This document shows positions 24,885 to 36,526 of a stretch of DNA of 64,000 nt, in pieces. This stretch comes from Lama glama (lineage: Eukaryota). Made by a program: the position numbers and the translations under genes. The stretch spans positions 29,700,001 through 29,764,000 of the forward strand of contig CM052817.1 in assembly GCA_028534125.1 (NCBI GenBank). The letters run 5' to 3'. Each line of letters starts with the position of its first letter. The stretch's first letter is position 1. The notes beneath the pieces are model-generated. The model was not told where the DNA came from and ran no database searches. It saw only the letters and a list, made by a program, of their open reading frames with translations.

Positions 24885-25065
24885 AACAAAAAGAGATTCA
24901 GAGTTGGACATTGTCTCCATCATGAATTGAGTCTTTGAATCAGCTAGTCTGATTTTGAGAAATTTACCTATCAATTTCATAATCATCATCTGTAAAGTGG
25001 ACATGGTAATTACATTTTCCAGACAGGCTTTTTGGGAGGATTAAATCAGACAATGTGTACATACT
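24885..25065 (+). mobile_element. MIR SINE
   Basis: TCATCATCTGTAAAGTGGACATGGTAAT...TTTGGGAGGATTAAATCAGACAATGTGT. Confidence 0.65.
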
Positions 25066-25129
25066 CAAATCTCTCTAACTTCTATCCGGATTTCTTTTCT
25101 TGTTAACAATTAAATATGACTGCACGAAG

Positions 25130-25352
25130 CTACAGTCTGTAGGGGGAATATCTTCTTCAGCTTCTGCCCTAGAATTTCCAGTCTGTTGGCTTGCCCTATG
25201 AATTTCAGACTTGCCTACAAACGTTATGATTAAATAAGCCAATTCTTTGAAATAATCCTAAATATGTATATAAAATATATTTATGTATGTCATATATATA
25301 TATTTCATTCTGTCTTCTGTTCCATTTCTCTGATAGTACCCTGACTGATCCA
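25130..25352 (+). mobile_element. ERVL LTR 3' half (MLT2-type)
   Basis: GCTTGCCCTATGAATTTCAGACTTGCC...AGCCAATTCTTTGAAATAA, TA-rich tract, TTTCTCTGATAGTACCCTGACTGATCCA. Confidence 0.8.
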
Positions 25353-25501
25353 ATAACTCTGTATTTTATTATTTGATTAGCATTTCTGATAATTGATGGG
25401 GAATGCTTCTATATTTTACAAATCTTTTCTAGTTTCTGCTTATCATTCCCTTAGGAGACCAGGGGTAGCTGGATATTACAAAGCAGGCTTCCCAAATTTT
25501 A

Positions 25502-25635
25502 TTTTATTTTGTTTTATTTTTTCTTGGGAGGGGGGAATTAGGTTTATTTATTTATTTTTGATGGAGGTACCAGGGATTGAACCCAGGGCCTTGTGCTTGC
25601 TAAGCATGTGCTCTACTGCTGAACTATATCCTCCC
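25502..25635 (-). mobile_element. Camelid tRNA-derived SINE (vic-1-like), long-tail form
   Basis: Minus strand GGGAGGATATAGTTCAGCAGTAGAGC...GGGTTCAATCCC (A and B boxes) plus AATAAATAAACCTAATTCCCCCC tail; TSD CCCAAATTTTA at 25491-25501 and 25636-25646. Confidence 0.92.
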
Positions 25636-26894
25636 CCCAAATTTTAGAATAGGGGAGCATTTATATGGGGGAGCCTAAATCCACACTAACTACTGAAATT
25701 TTGAAAAAAAAATTCCACATCCCCTCTTTTATTAGTTTTGTGTTTATTTTGAGGGAGTATGTGCCCAATACAAGACACACTTAATTGACTGAGTTGAGAA
25801 GGCTCATGATTGGCCACTGTTCCACGTACAGAATTTTAATTAATCCCCTTTCTGTCATCCTAATTTTCACTCTTGCTGCCATATCTAGTTTGAAGCTTCT
25901 CTGGGGTCCTGCCAGGAAGCTCAGTCTCCTCCTCTACTCCAGTGGGCCCGTGACTGCTCTAGCACGTGGACTATTCTCACTTGGCCTACTTGCCAGTTTC
26001 CGAGTGTTGAAAGCTCTCAAATACAGATACTCAAATTCTTAACTTTCTCCTGTTGTCTTTGTTGTTATGTATTACATCATTTCTATTGGTTATAATTTTA
26101 AAAGGTATTGGAAGAAAGAGTATTTTAAAAGTTCTTTAGAACTCAGTTTTTTCCTATTATGCTTTTAATGAGAAGTATTCTGGAAAGTAAATAATATACT
26201 TGATAACAATCTACGTGAAGAACTTACTTGGACAGATGAAGTCTGCTGTGGAGATTGTTGTTTTCTGTTTCAGCCCATTATTGTGTTTCTCTTTGGAGTA
26301 AGCCAGATGCTCACATACCTGGGGTTTAGAGAAATTAATCCTTTACCAATGACTAAAATAAATAACCAAATAAAAGAATAGCAACAAAACAGAACTTAAG
26401 CAAGGTACATCTTGGAAACTAATTTGGAAAGTTAGCTTTAGTGCAGAATCTTACAGTGATTTTATTTAGAATTTAACTTGAATAAATGTATATAGAAAAA
26501 TTAAAACATTCTAAGGTTCTTAGAGGTAGTTTCAGAAATGTCAGGAGAGGATTTTCTCAGCCCTGTAAGGTAACAAAAATTTTTATTGTTTCAGATTCAG
26601 TTAACCAAAATTTAGAGACCCAACTAGAAAATCATTAAATTCCCCTTTTTAGAGAATAAAAAAGTCAAGAACATTGTAGTGGGTCATCACTTTTAAAGTG
26701 AAAAAACTTATTCTCCACCAACTGAAGATAAGTTTTGTTTCCCCTTTAGATATGAGGTAAATCACCATCACATGCTCAGAATACTCCTGATGAAGTTTTT
26801 GTCCAGGTAGAAGAGAAAGACCACAAAGAATGTAGGCACAGATGGTTATAGTTACCAACTGAACACTCATCAATAGGTGACTCTAATGTAATGG

Positions 26895-27095
26895 AAAATG
26901 CATGAGATTTGCAGAAAACTTCCTGGGTCAAATCTACATTTGTGGACTCTAATAGCTGAATGAAACTGGAAAGGCTTATTCACTTGTCCAAGCCTCATTT
27001 TCTCACATGTAACAATTTGATAATGATATCTATATTCCAGGTTTATTATGAGAATTGTGCATGAAGGCATTTTGAAAACTAACATACTATAGGAA
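26895..27095 (+). mobile_element. MIR SINE (MIR3/MIRc-like)
   Basis: CCTGGGTCAAATC...AAGCCTCATTTTCTCACATGTAACAATTTGATAATGATATCT. Confidence 0.7.
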
Positions 27096-27893
27096 TAGTC
27101 TAATAATCTAGGTAAAGGCTATGAAAGAAATTATTACCTAAGTACTCCACTTGAATTAACCATTACTCTTGCATTGAAAACTTTCAAAGGTATCAGAAGA
27201 GATTTGTTGAGCCCTGAGAACAACTGTGGAATTAAGCAGCAAAAAAGGACCTACTCCATTCCTATAATTATAAACCTTAGTGCTGTATTAAATTAAAGTG
27301 CTATACAATATATTTAAATACAAGCACTTATTTTAGTCATCAAATTAAATGTTTACAGAAATTATTAGTGCAAATAGATGAATATGCTTTGTAAATAATA
27401 ATACAGCACCCAGCATACTAATATATGGGTTGGGCTCCAAATACATCATCTAATATACAAATACTTCAAATGGTCAGTAGAACAATAAGACATCTCACAA
27501 AATGTGTTGAAATCAATAATATAGCAGAATGAAAAACTTATTTAAAGCAAAATACTCCAATAAATTACATGCTTTTATTTATTTTATTTTAACATCTACC
27601 ACCATCATTTTCATAATGCCAGTTGTCACTCTAGAGATAACCTTGATTATATGCCTGTTCATCATTTAATCACAAGCAAAGTTAGCAACAGCTTAAAGGG
27701 AAAACCACAGGCAATTTCTCTGTGTAAGAGAATGTCACAGGATAATAGGGATATACCATGGTGGGGTATAACCTTATCTGAAGATGGCAATGAAATGCAA
27801 AAACTGAATTTTATATAATCATTGTTACACTTTAGGATTAACAATATGTTCATAAACCCACTCTGAAATTTGGACCATTTATAATGGAAGTTA

Positions 27894-27990
27894 TTTGTTT
27901 ATTTATTTTTGGAGGAGGTACTGGGGATTGAACCTAGGACCTCATGCATGCTAAGCATGCACTCTACCACTTGAGCTATACACTCCACCC
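27894..27990 (-). mobile_element. Camelid tRNA-derived SINE (vic-1-like), short form
   Basis: Minus strand GTATAGCTCAAGTGGTAGAGTGCATGCTTAGCATGCATGAGGTCCTAGGTTCAATCCCCAGTACCTCC; 14 bp TSD TATAATGGAAGTTA at 27880-27893 and 27991-28004. Confidence 0.93.
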
Positions 27991-28529
27991 TATAATGGAA
28001 GTTACCTCCAAGAGCCAGGTTGCAATTTAGGTTTCCATTTTATGGCTTTAATGATATAACCTATAGGTGGAAACAGTCAGAAGGGAAATCATTTTGCTTT
28101 CTACTTTTTTTGTCAGTAAAGTTCTTTAACCTTTGTTGCTAAGTCAAACAACAGCAGTTACCAAGAAATTCAAGTGATTAATTACTCATTGTTAGTGATA
28201 TTTGATTTCATACTACTACTATTTTGTTGTTATATTTTGACAAAGGGCTGACCCAAGACAAAATTAGAGAACTGATCTTGTATTATGATAGATCACTTTT
28301 TCAAACAGCTGTAATTTATGTAATGATGACATGATAGGAAGTAAATAACAAACTGATTCCTCTTTGTTTCACTTCTCTGGATGACAGTTGCCTTATCAGC
28401 AACATTGAGTGCATATCCTCCAGGCACTATTCCCTGGTTTCCTAGTATGTATTCTTTTGAACTTACTATATCAATGCTACTTGTACCTAATATATATGCT
28501 AGATCACTCTTGTGACAATATAAAAGTAG

Positions 28530-28722
28530 TCATCTGTGTGAATAATTAGGATGCGAAATAACCTCTTATCTTGCCTTTGTTTCCTCATCTGTCAAATGGG
28601 CCTAATAGTACAAGTCTTTAACTTATGAGGAAATTAAATTAGTTAATACAGTAATGAAGTTAAAACAATATCTAGGACATAATAGCTATTCAATAAATAT
28701 TAGACATAATTAGTTTCATTAT
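28530..28722 (+). mobile_element. MIR SINE
   Basis: GCCTTTGTTTCCTCATCTGTCAAATGGGCCTAATAGTAC...TTCAATAAATATTAG. Confidence 0.8.
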
Positions 28723-28849
28723 TGTAACTTGTCAAAAACATAGAGGTTTTATATCTCTAGGATATCATTTCAGGATCTCAGAGGGTTATGAGATTCATTT
28801 TATGTAGTACATGTCACAGCCATTCATCTGCATTTGTTAGTTTATTCAG

Positions 28850-29302
28850 TGTAGCAAATGTTCAGTATAATTCTCATTTCAATCTCATTTTCCCTTGTCT
28901 TTCTCTACTTCTGAGCATCAAAATTTGAACATCATTAAGGGTCTCGCTTCTGTTTCAGCTAACAATGAATATGTGACACATTGCCAGCCAATGAGATGTA
29001 GGTATGAGTCCCTGCCAAAGGCTTCCCTTTACCAATTCATTCTTGTTTTTCTTTCTGGTATGACAAGATGCCTGGAAGTGAGTGGTCATCTTGCTTCCTT
29101 GAGGTAGAACCAAATTGCAAGATGGCAAAATAGGGAAAATAAGAATTGTTGTTTCCTGCTAACCTTGTTGAACTACTGTACTGATCCTGGAATGCCTGTC
29201 ATTAGGCTTCTTTCACAAGAGACAAATAAAACTCTTAGTAAATAAAAGTACTGTAATAGGTGTTTCTGCTCCCTACAGCTGAATGAAAATCTAGTCAATA
29301 TA
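28850..29302 (+). mobile_element. MaLR solo LTR (MLT1J-like)
   Basis: ATGTGACACATTGCCAGCCAATGAGATGTAGG; GGTCATCTTG; GAGACAAATAAAACTC; CAGCTGAATG. Confidence 0.7.
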
Positions 29303-29717
29303 TCAGAATTTCAACATCTCACAATTTTGTATGATTTTAAAGATACAATAATTTCTAAATATAGAATATAAATATTATTTGATTCTACACTGCAGTATGC
29401 AGTATTAAATTGTAAATAGTCAGAACTTTAGAAAAACAAATGGGTTTCAGAACCAAATAACAGAGATCACATATTGCAGAAGTGACAAAATATAAATCAG
29501 AAGAGTAAAAACATCAGCCATTATTCTTTAGAGAATCCATAAAGAGGTTGGCACAATTTTCAATGAAAATCACATATTTAACTAAAAATCAGAGCATAAA
29601 ACTGTGTGGTTGTGAGACCTGGAGAGTGTGCTCAAGACTGTGCATGAGGAGACTTGAAGTCTGGGCACAACTCCCTTTCATTTTCTTTCTTTTATTCTTT
29701 GCAAAAAAAGAAATTAT

Positions 29718-30145
29718 TTGTTTATTTTTTCTTCCAGTCTTACTGAGATATAGTTAACATACAGCACTGTATAAGTTTAAGGGGTTCAGCATAATGATTT
29801 GACTTACATACATCATCAAGTGATTATCACAGTAAATTTAGTGAATATCCATCATCTCATATAGATACAAAATTAAGGAAATAGAAAAAAATTTTTCTGT
29901 GCTGAGATCTCTTAGGATTTACTCTCTTAACAACTTTCATATATAACATACAACAGTGTTAAAATTATGTTTATTATGTTTTACATCTCTAGTACTTATT
30001 TATATTATAACTGGAAGTTTGCACATTTTAATTGTTTTCATCCAATTACTCCTCCCCCTTATTCCCCACTTGGTAACCACAAATCTAGTATCTTTTTCTA
30101 TTAGTTAGTTAATTTGTTTGATTGATTGATTTTGAAGTATAATGG
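29718..30145 (-). mobile_element. L1 3' end (older artiodactyl/Laurasiatherian type)
   Basis: T-rich tail then TGAGATATAGTTAACATACAGCACTGTATAAGTTTAAGG...CTCTTAGGATTTACTCTCTTAACAACTTTCA...GGTAACCACAAATCT. Confidence 0.85.
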
Positions 30146-30542
30146 CCCCCTTTCTTTATTGTAACATGTGGGCTGTAAATTCTGTTATATGTGGTTCTAG
30201 GGGCTAATATGAATATCAAGACAGATGGTACAGGTAAAAAGTGCCTTAAGAGGAAGTATACGCTTTCTCTCTGATATTTTGAAAACTGCTGAACTCTTAT
30301 TGCTGTCAGCCTGAGAAATAGCCAGTAGTGAGGGTGATAACACTAACATAACACTGGAAGGCATTGCTTAACTGCTGCATCAGGCATTTCTTTATCATTT
30401 ATAGCAGTTCAGTTGGAATTTTGGAGACTTACGTATGAAAATATATTATTATGCTTGTCCATTTTTAGCAGCTGTTTCTCTGCTACCACCTCCAGGAATG
30501 CTAGGTTCTTAGTTTTAGGTTAGATCACACCCAGGGAGCGAC

Positions 30543-30635
30543 ACTTTGATTGTTCAACTGTAGCCCTCATACCTAAAACAGTGCCCGAAATTTAGTAAGC
30601 ATTTGATAAATACTAATGCATCAATGAATAAATGA
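30543..30635 (+). mobile_element. L2 3' terminus
   Basis: ACCTAAAACAGTGCCCGAAATTTAGTAAGCATTTGATAAATA...ATGAATAAATGA. Confidence 0.75.
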
Positions 30636-30772
30636 TACACTAAAGAGCTAAAATTAAATCATATATGTTTAACTTCTCCCCAGTTTATTTTCCATCATTA
30701 AGATTTACCATTGTGGAAGTATGATTTAATTTCATGTCCTCAATAAGTGCCAATGATTTTATATTACATACC

Positions 30773-30847
30773 ATATATAATAAAATATATAAATATATAT
30801 TTATAAATATATAATAAAACATATAAATATATATATATAACTATATA
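30773..30847. repeat. TA-rich low-complexity tandem repeat
   Basis: ATATATAATAAAA(T/C)ATATAAATATATAT occurs twice. Confidence 0.8.
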
Positions 30848-31024
30848 GTATGTCAGAATAACTTCTGTACTTGTTATATTAAAAAATTGTCAAACAAACA
30901 AAGCAGATTTCACTTAGTATTGCCCTTATAATTATGACACCATTGATGAGGAAGTAAGAATCCTTTAAGTAAGTAATAATAATGATTTTTTTTGGCAGAA
31001 TCTGATAGAAAGAAGGGTAAAAGT

Positions 31025-31275
31025 AGGAAGCATTTATTAAATGTCTACTGTATTCTAAGTACTATGTTATCTATTTTGAACTATATAATACTTTTTAATT
31101 ACCACAAGCAAAAATCTTCAAAATAATTATTTTATTTTTGTGTTTACATTTAGATAGATAAGGTTAGAGAGGTTTGTGAGATGCTCAAAGTTACACTTTC
31201 AGCAATTTAGTGAGCCAAAATTTGAATCCAGATCTATCTCACTGCAATGCTCAAGAACCTCTTTATACTATACTC
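31025..31275 (-). mobile_element. MIR SINE
   Basis: AGCATTTATTAAATGTCTACTGT...AGGTTAGAGAGGTT...TGCTCAAAGTTACAC...GAGCCAAAATTTGAATCCAGATCT. Confidence 0.75.
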
Positions 31276-31519
31276 ACCCATATACTTTGCTCCACTTCTT
31301 TCTGTTCCACTTCCACTACTTTTTACATGTCATTTTTTTCTGTCTTGAACGCTATTTATCTTGTATCTTCTGTTGAAATCCTACATGCTCTTTGAAATTC
31401 AATGTGAAAGCCATCCCCTCTAAGAATCATCCTATTGGCTTACAATAATTCTCATTTTGGATCTATTTTAAAGGTAGAGTCAAAGTTTTGTGTGATTTTC
31501 AAGAAAAATAGAAGAGCTG

Positions 31520-33865
31520 CAACTGATACTGTTTTGCAGGAGAAAAGAATCAAAAGATAGGAACTCTGAGATGACCTATCATCTCAGACAGTCTTTAAAG
31601 CAACCATTATAACTATGCTTAATAAGATAATAGAAAATACACTGAGTAGAAATGTTGCAGATTTCAGGAGTGACCTACCATAATATGAGAAAGAACCAAA
31701 TAGAACGTTTAAAACTGAAAATAGCAATGTAGCTGATGTTATCTATAAGTGTATATATGTTATGTATTATGCAAGACTGGTGCTGGTTCAACATTTAAAA
31801 TTAGTATAATCCACCACAGGTTGAATAAGTGAATCACAGAATTTTTAGGGTGGTGGTGCAACTATTCTGTATGATACTGTAATGGTGAATGCATGACATC
31901 TGCATTGGCAAAAGCTATAAAACTACACAAGATTTTAATGTATGGAAATTTAAACAGACTAAGAAAGAAAAAAAAACCTGATTATAAAATTTTCATGTAT
32001 AAACCATACTTGACAAAATCCAACACTCGTTCACGATAAAAAACAAAACAAAACAAAACTCAGCAGACTACAACTAAAGGAGAACTTTCTCAGCTTGATA
32101 AAGAACATCTACAGAAAACCTACAGCTGACATCATATTCCATGGTGAGAAACTAGACACTTTCACCCTGTAATTGAAAATAAGAAAGATTGGGAAAGTAT
32201 ATGCTCTTTCATCTCTTCTACATTGAACTAGAAATTCTAGCAATAAGGAAATGAAATCAGACAAAATAAAAAATAAAATATATACAGATCAGGAAATAAG
32301 AAATAAAATGTGTTTGCTCATAAATGGCATGATTATCTATGTAGAAGCACCCAAAGAACCAACAACATGCTGTACTAATCAGAGTACAGGAAGGCTGAAA
32401 AATATAAACTTAAGATACAAAAGCTAATTGCTTTCTCTTATACCAGCAATGAACAGCTCAAATTTAAAATGAAAAAAAAAAGTTTACAATAGCACCAGGC
32501 AAAATGAAACACTTAGGTATAAAATTAACAAAATATATAGATTCTTTTTCTCTGGTTATTATTTTAGTTTTTTAAATTGAAGTGCAATCAGTTATAATGT
32601 GTCAATTTCTGGTATACAGCACAATGTCCCAGTCATGCATATACATACATATATTCATTTTCATATTCTTTTTCATTAAAGGTTATTATAAGACATTGAA
32701 TATAGTTCCCTGTGCTATACAGATGAAACTTGTTTTTTCAAATCTATTTTTATATATAGCAGCTAACATTTGCAAATCCCAAACTCCCAAATTTATCCTT
32801 TCCCATCCCCTTTCCCCTAGTAACTTATCATAAGATTGTTTACTATGTCTGTGAGTCTGTGTCTGTTGTGTAGATGAGTTCATTAGTGTCCTCTTTTCTT
32901 CTTTTTACTTAGATTGCAGATATGAATGATATCATATGGCATTTTTCTTTTTCTTTCAGGCTTATTTCACTTAGAATGATGATTTCTAGGTCCACCCATG
33001 TTGCTGCAAATGGCATTATTCTATTCTTTTTATGGCTGAGTAGTATTCCATTGTAGAAATATATCACAATTTCTTTATCCAGTCATCTGTTGATGGACAT
33101 TTAGGTTGTTTCCATGGCTTGGCTTTTGTATATAATGCTGCTATGAACATTGGCATGCAGGTGTCTTCAAAATAGAGTTCCCTCCAGAGATATGCCCAGG
33201 AGTAGGATTGCTGGATTATATGATAAGACTATTTTTAGCCTTTTGAGGAATCTCCATACTGTTTTCCATAATGGCTGCAACAGATTCCATACTGTTTTCC
33301 ATAATGGCTGCAACAGAGTCTTTATACAGAAAAATATAAAACTAATGCAATAAATCAGGTATCTAAATTAATGGAAAGAAGTTCATGTTTATGGATTGGA
33401 AGACTCAATATTGTTAAGATAGATACCAGTTCTTCTCAATATGTGGTCTCTCTCCCCAAAACACATAACTCAGTTATACCATGAGAAAAAAACCACACAA
33501 TTCCAATAGAGGGGCATTCTGTAGAATGCCTGAAGGAATCCTCAAAACTGGCAAGATCATCAAAAACAAAGTAAGTTTGGAAACTATCACAGCCATCACG
33601 AGCCTAAATTTAATGTGATATATTGATAGTGTCCTGAAACAGAAAAAGGATAATAGATAAATTCCTAAAACATATGAATAAAGTATGAACTTTAGCTAGC
33701 AACGGTATACCAGTATCAGTTTATTCCTTATGTCAAATGCATCATACTAATGTAAGACATTAATAACAGGGGAAGCAGTGTAGGGTATATAGCAATTCTA
33801 TATGCTATTTTTATTATTTTCTGTAAATCTAAAACTTTTAAAATAAAACGTTTATTTTAAAAAAC
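31520..33865 (+). mobile_element. Old rearranged L1 (L1MC/MD-like; ORF1, ORF2 RT and 3' UTR pieces) interrupted by a younger L1
   Basis: TGACAAAATCCAACAC, ACCTACAGCTGACATCATA, ATGATTATCTATGTAGAA (DDMI.Y region); resumes after 33323 with ATGGATTGGAAGACTCAATATTGTTAAGAT; 3' UTR 33440-33865. Confidence 0.8.
32548..33314 (-). mobile_element. Young 5'-truncated L1 (ORF2 C-terminus plus 3' UTR)
   Basis: CATGTTGCTGCAAATGGCATTATT...TATGGCTGAGTAGTATTCCATTGT...TTGATGGACATTTAGGTTG; imperfect TSD AGATTCTTT (32539-32547) / AGAGTCTTT (33315-33323). Confidence 0.92.
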
Positions 33866-35204
33866 CCATTAGATACATTACCCTCTTATTTCAACTACAT
33901 GGTTGCTTTAATCTTATTTACTAAAATTGTACCCATAATTTTGACTGAACTTGCTTATTTTCAACTCTTAATCCATGCATTTACAAACCATTATTAAAAC
34001 GAATAAATTTCGTAGGTTTTATCTCATCCATTACACATCATTTGTTTGTACTATTGCTGTCAGAGTGTGATTATATTTCCAGTTTCTGGAGATTGATTAC
34101 TTCCTCTCTGCCCATTAAATAACATTTGTACTACTATTGTATGTCATTGTCTGAATACTGAAGGAAAAATGTAGGAAATATTTCAATTTGCTATTTTTAT
34201 TTTAGACAAACTAGTTTTTGCTAGAAGATTCTTTCTAAGTTGTCTACATAGAATAGCTATCCCATCAGAATGCAAATTAAGCACTTTTGTGTAACGTCTA
34301 AGGAAGGCAATCTGATAATACTTGAGGAATCAGATACTGTTTGCAGAAATCTAACATTCAGGAATTTATGTTAGTTAAGTGGTAATGAGATGATTAAGCT
34401 TAACCAGCTTACCTTGACTTTCATTATTTCCCCAATATACTAGGACAAAGAAATGGACTATTTTGACTCAGTGAGCTTTGAGTTTCCATGTGGTTATAAA
34501 AATATTTGATTTTATGGATCACTGAATGATGAGGCATGCTCTTGCACAATGCATCAATTAGTAATACTTTCAGAAACAAATGACAGAAAAAACAAACTTG
34601 CTTAATCAATTAGAAGTTCAGAAGTCACAAAGCAAATGGTATTAGGGAGCTCTAACTGGAGTGGTTCTTCATTAGCTGGAGACCACTTACGTAGATCCAA
34701 GGCAGGAAGCAGGAGATTTCCCAGAAAGAGAAAAGTGAAGTTTTTCCGAAACATTCCGTAGCATATTTACACTTGACATCTCATTGGTATAATTGGTAAA
34801 ATTCATTTTAATTACAAAGAAGGTTGGTAAAATGATGATTCTAGCCTGTATATTGGAGGTGGAAAAAGCAGAATTCTCACTGCAATGATTAACCAGCAAT
34901 ATTTTCAAAAGGCACAAAAGAATGAAGCTATAATACACATGATAAATAAATATATTTAAATGTGTCTTTTAACAACTTAGTTTTCACATTTAGGATAAAT
35001 CTTGAAGCAAATATAGCTTATTTTGAAATCTAACTTTAGTGGTAATGCCATTTGTTAGTATTATTAATAATCATTTGGCAGTAAATATTAATGTCATATA
35101 TTAACTTGGCTTATAACTAACTGAAAGTATATTTCCACACTTAGGAAGAAATTATCTATTAATCAGTTGGAATAGTTGATAATAATATTAAAAGTAATAC
35201 CCTT

Positions 35205-35440
35205 TATTGTAGAATCTTTTGTGTGGAAAACACATTTTTACTGTGTGTGTATAGATAGGGGTGTGAATATGTGTACATTTACATAACCCCTGCAACAACC
35301 CTAAAAGACAAATACCATTATCCCTATTTTATGTATTACAGAACTGATGTTTAAAATGATTGATTATATGTTTTAGGATCCCCATGATTAAAAGTGGAAT
35401 AACTATTCAGTTCCAGGGCTATGTGACTGAAAGACCATAT
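35205..35440 (-). mobile_element. MIR SINE
   Basis: TAACCCCTGCAACAACCCTAAAAGACAAATACCATTATCCCTATTTTA...CTATGTGACTGAAAGACC. Confidence 0.65.
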
Positions 35441-36526
35441 AATAAAATATATATAAAAAAATCTCCCAAAAATGGATACTAGGAGAAATTTTGTTTTGTC
35501 CTCTAACTCCTTATTTTGTGTCAATTATTTCTATGTAAATAGTTTTGTGTCATGTACACAAGACTCACTCAGAAAACATTTGACAGTAAAAATAAAATGC
35601 ATGATTGACAACAGTAAGAGCAACTCCATTGAAGAAAAAATAAAAGGAAATCATCTCTTACTACAAAATAGATAATTTTAGAAAAATCAGTGGTTGTAAA
35701 TGGCTTATTTATTTTAACATAACAACAGCTAGAAAATATACTATAGAAAATGATTACTTCTTATCATGCCTGAAGGTTGTGTTGTCAACAGTTTTTTTTA
35801 TTTTTCAAGATCTGGTTTTCTGCTGGCAGTTCAAAAAAAGATAATTTAAAAAACAGTTTCACTTCCTTCCCTTTAGTTTACAATACATAATTTAGAATGA
35901 TTTCCTATGGTATATACTGCTGGCAACTTAATAATCCAGAGATAAACTGTTAATTCATGGAGTTGTTAGATACATTTTCTGTGATTTAATTTCAATAAAA
36001 ATAATAGTGTGTGCCAGATGTTGTAAGGCAGAAAACTGCCAAAAACCAGTGGAGGAGAGAATGTTTGTAATGATTTCCCTTGACAGGCCATGTTGAGCAT
36101 CTGAAAATTCTGTAAGAAAAATAGAAATCCAGGATAGAACCTGTCCTGACAAAATGTGACAGGAATTCTCGTTGAATGGATTGCAAAGGACTTTAAATAA
36201 GTCATAACTAAATACTGAGTAAGGAGCTTTTCTTGGGAAGTAAACAATGCATATGGGTAAACATTTGAAGAAAGAGGACACGTTATTAAGTCTCTACAAG
36301 TGGAACTTTAAAGCAAAGGGACTACATCCAAAGTGCACATTCAAAATAGAAATATTTTACATAATGAATTGTGTTTTCTTTTTTTAAACCTCTTTCAGCA
36401 TGCCCAATTAATGTTTCTTTCCTTCAAAGAAGCAATTTATGTGCATACAAAAATGCCTTTTCCATAGGGTCAATATTTTTGATTTACCAGGAATGAAAAC
36501 AGGTTTAGCTTGCTTATTTAAAATGC

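Noticed and set aside
25502..27990. tRNA-Ala-like sequences as tRNA genes
   Set aside because: A-rich tails, TSDs and imperfect stems identify them as SINEs
33253..33317. 32 bp direct repeat as a CRISPR-like array
   Set aside because: Only two adjacent copies, no spacer, L1-derived, in a mammalian genome
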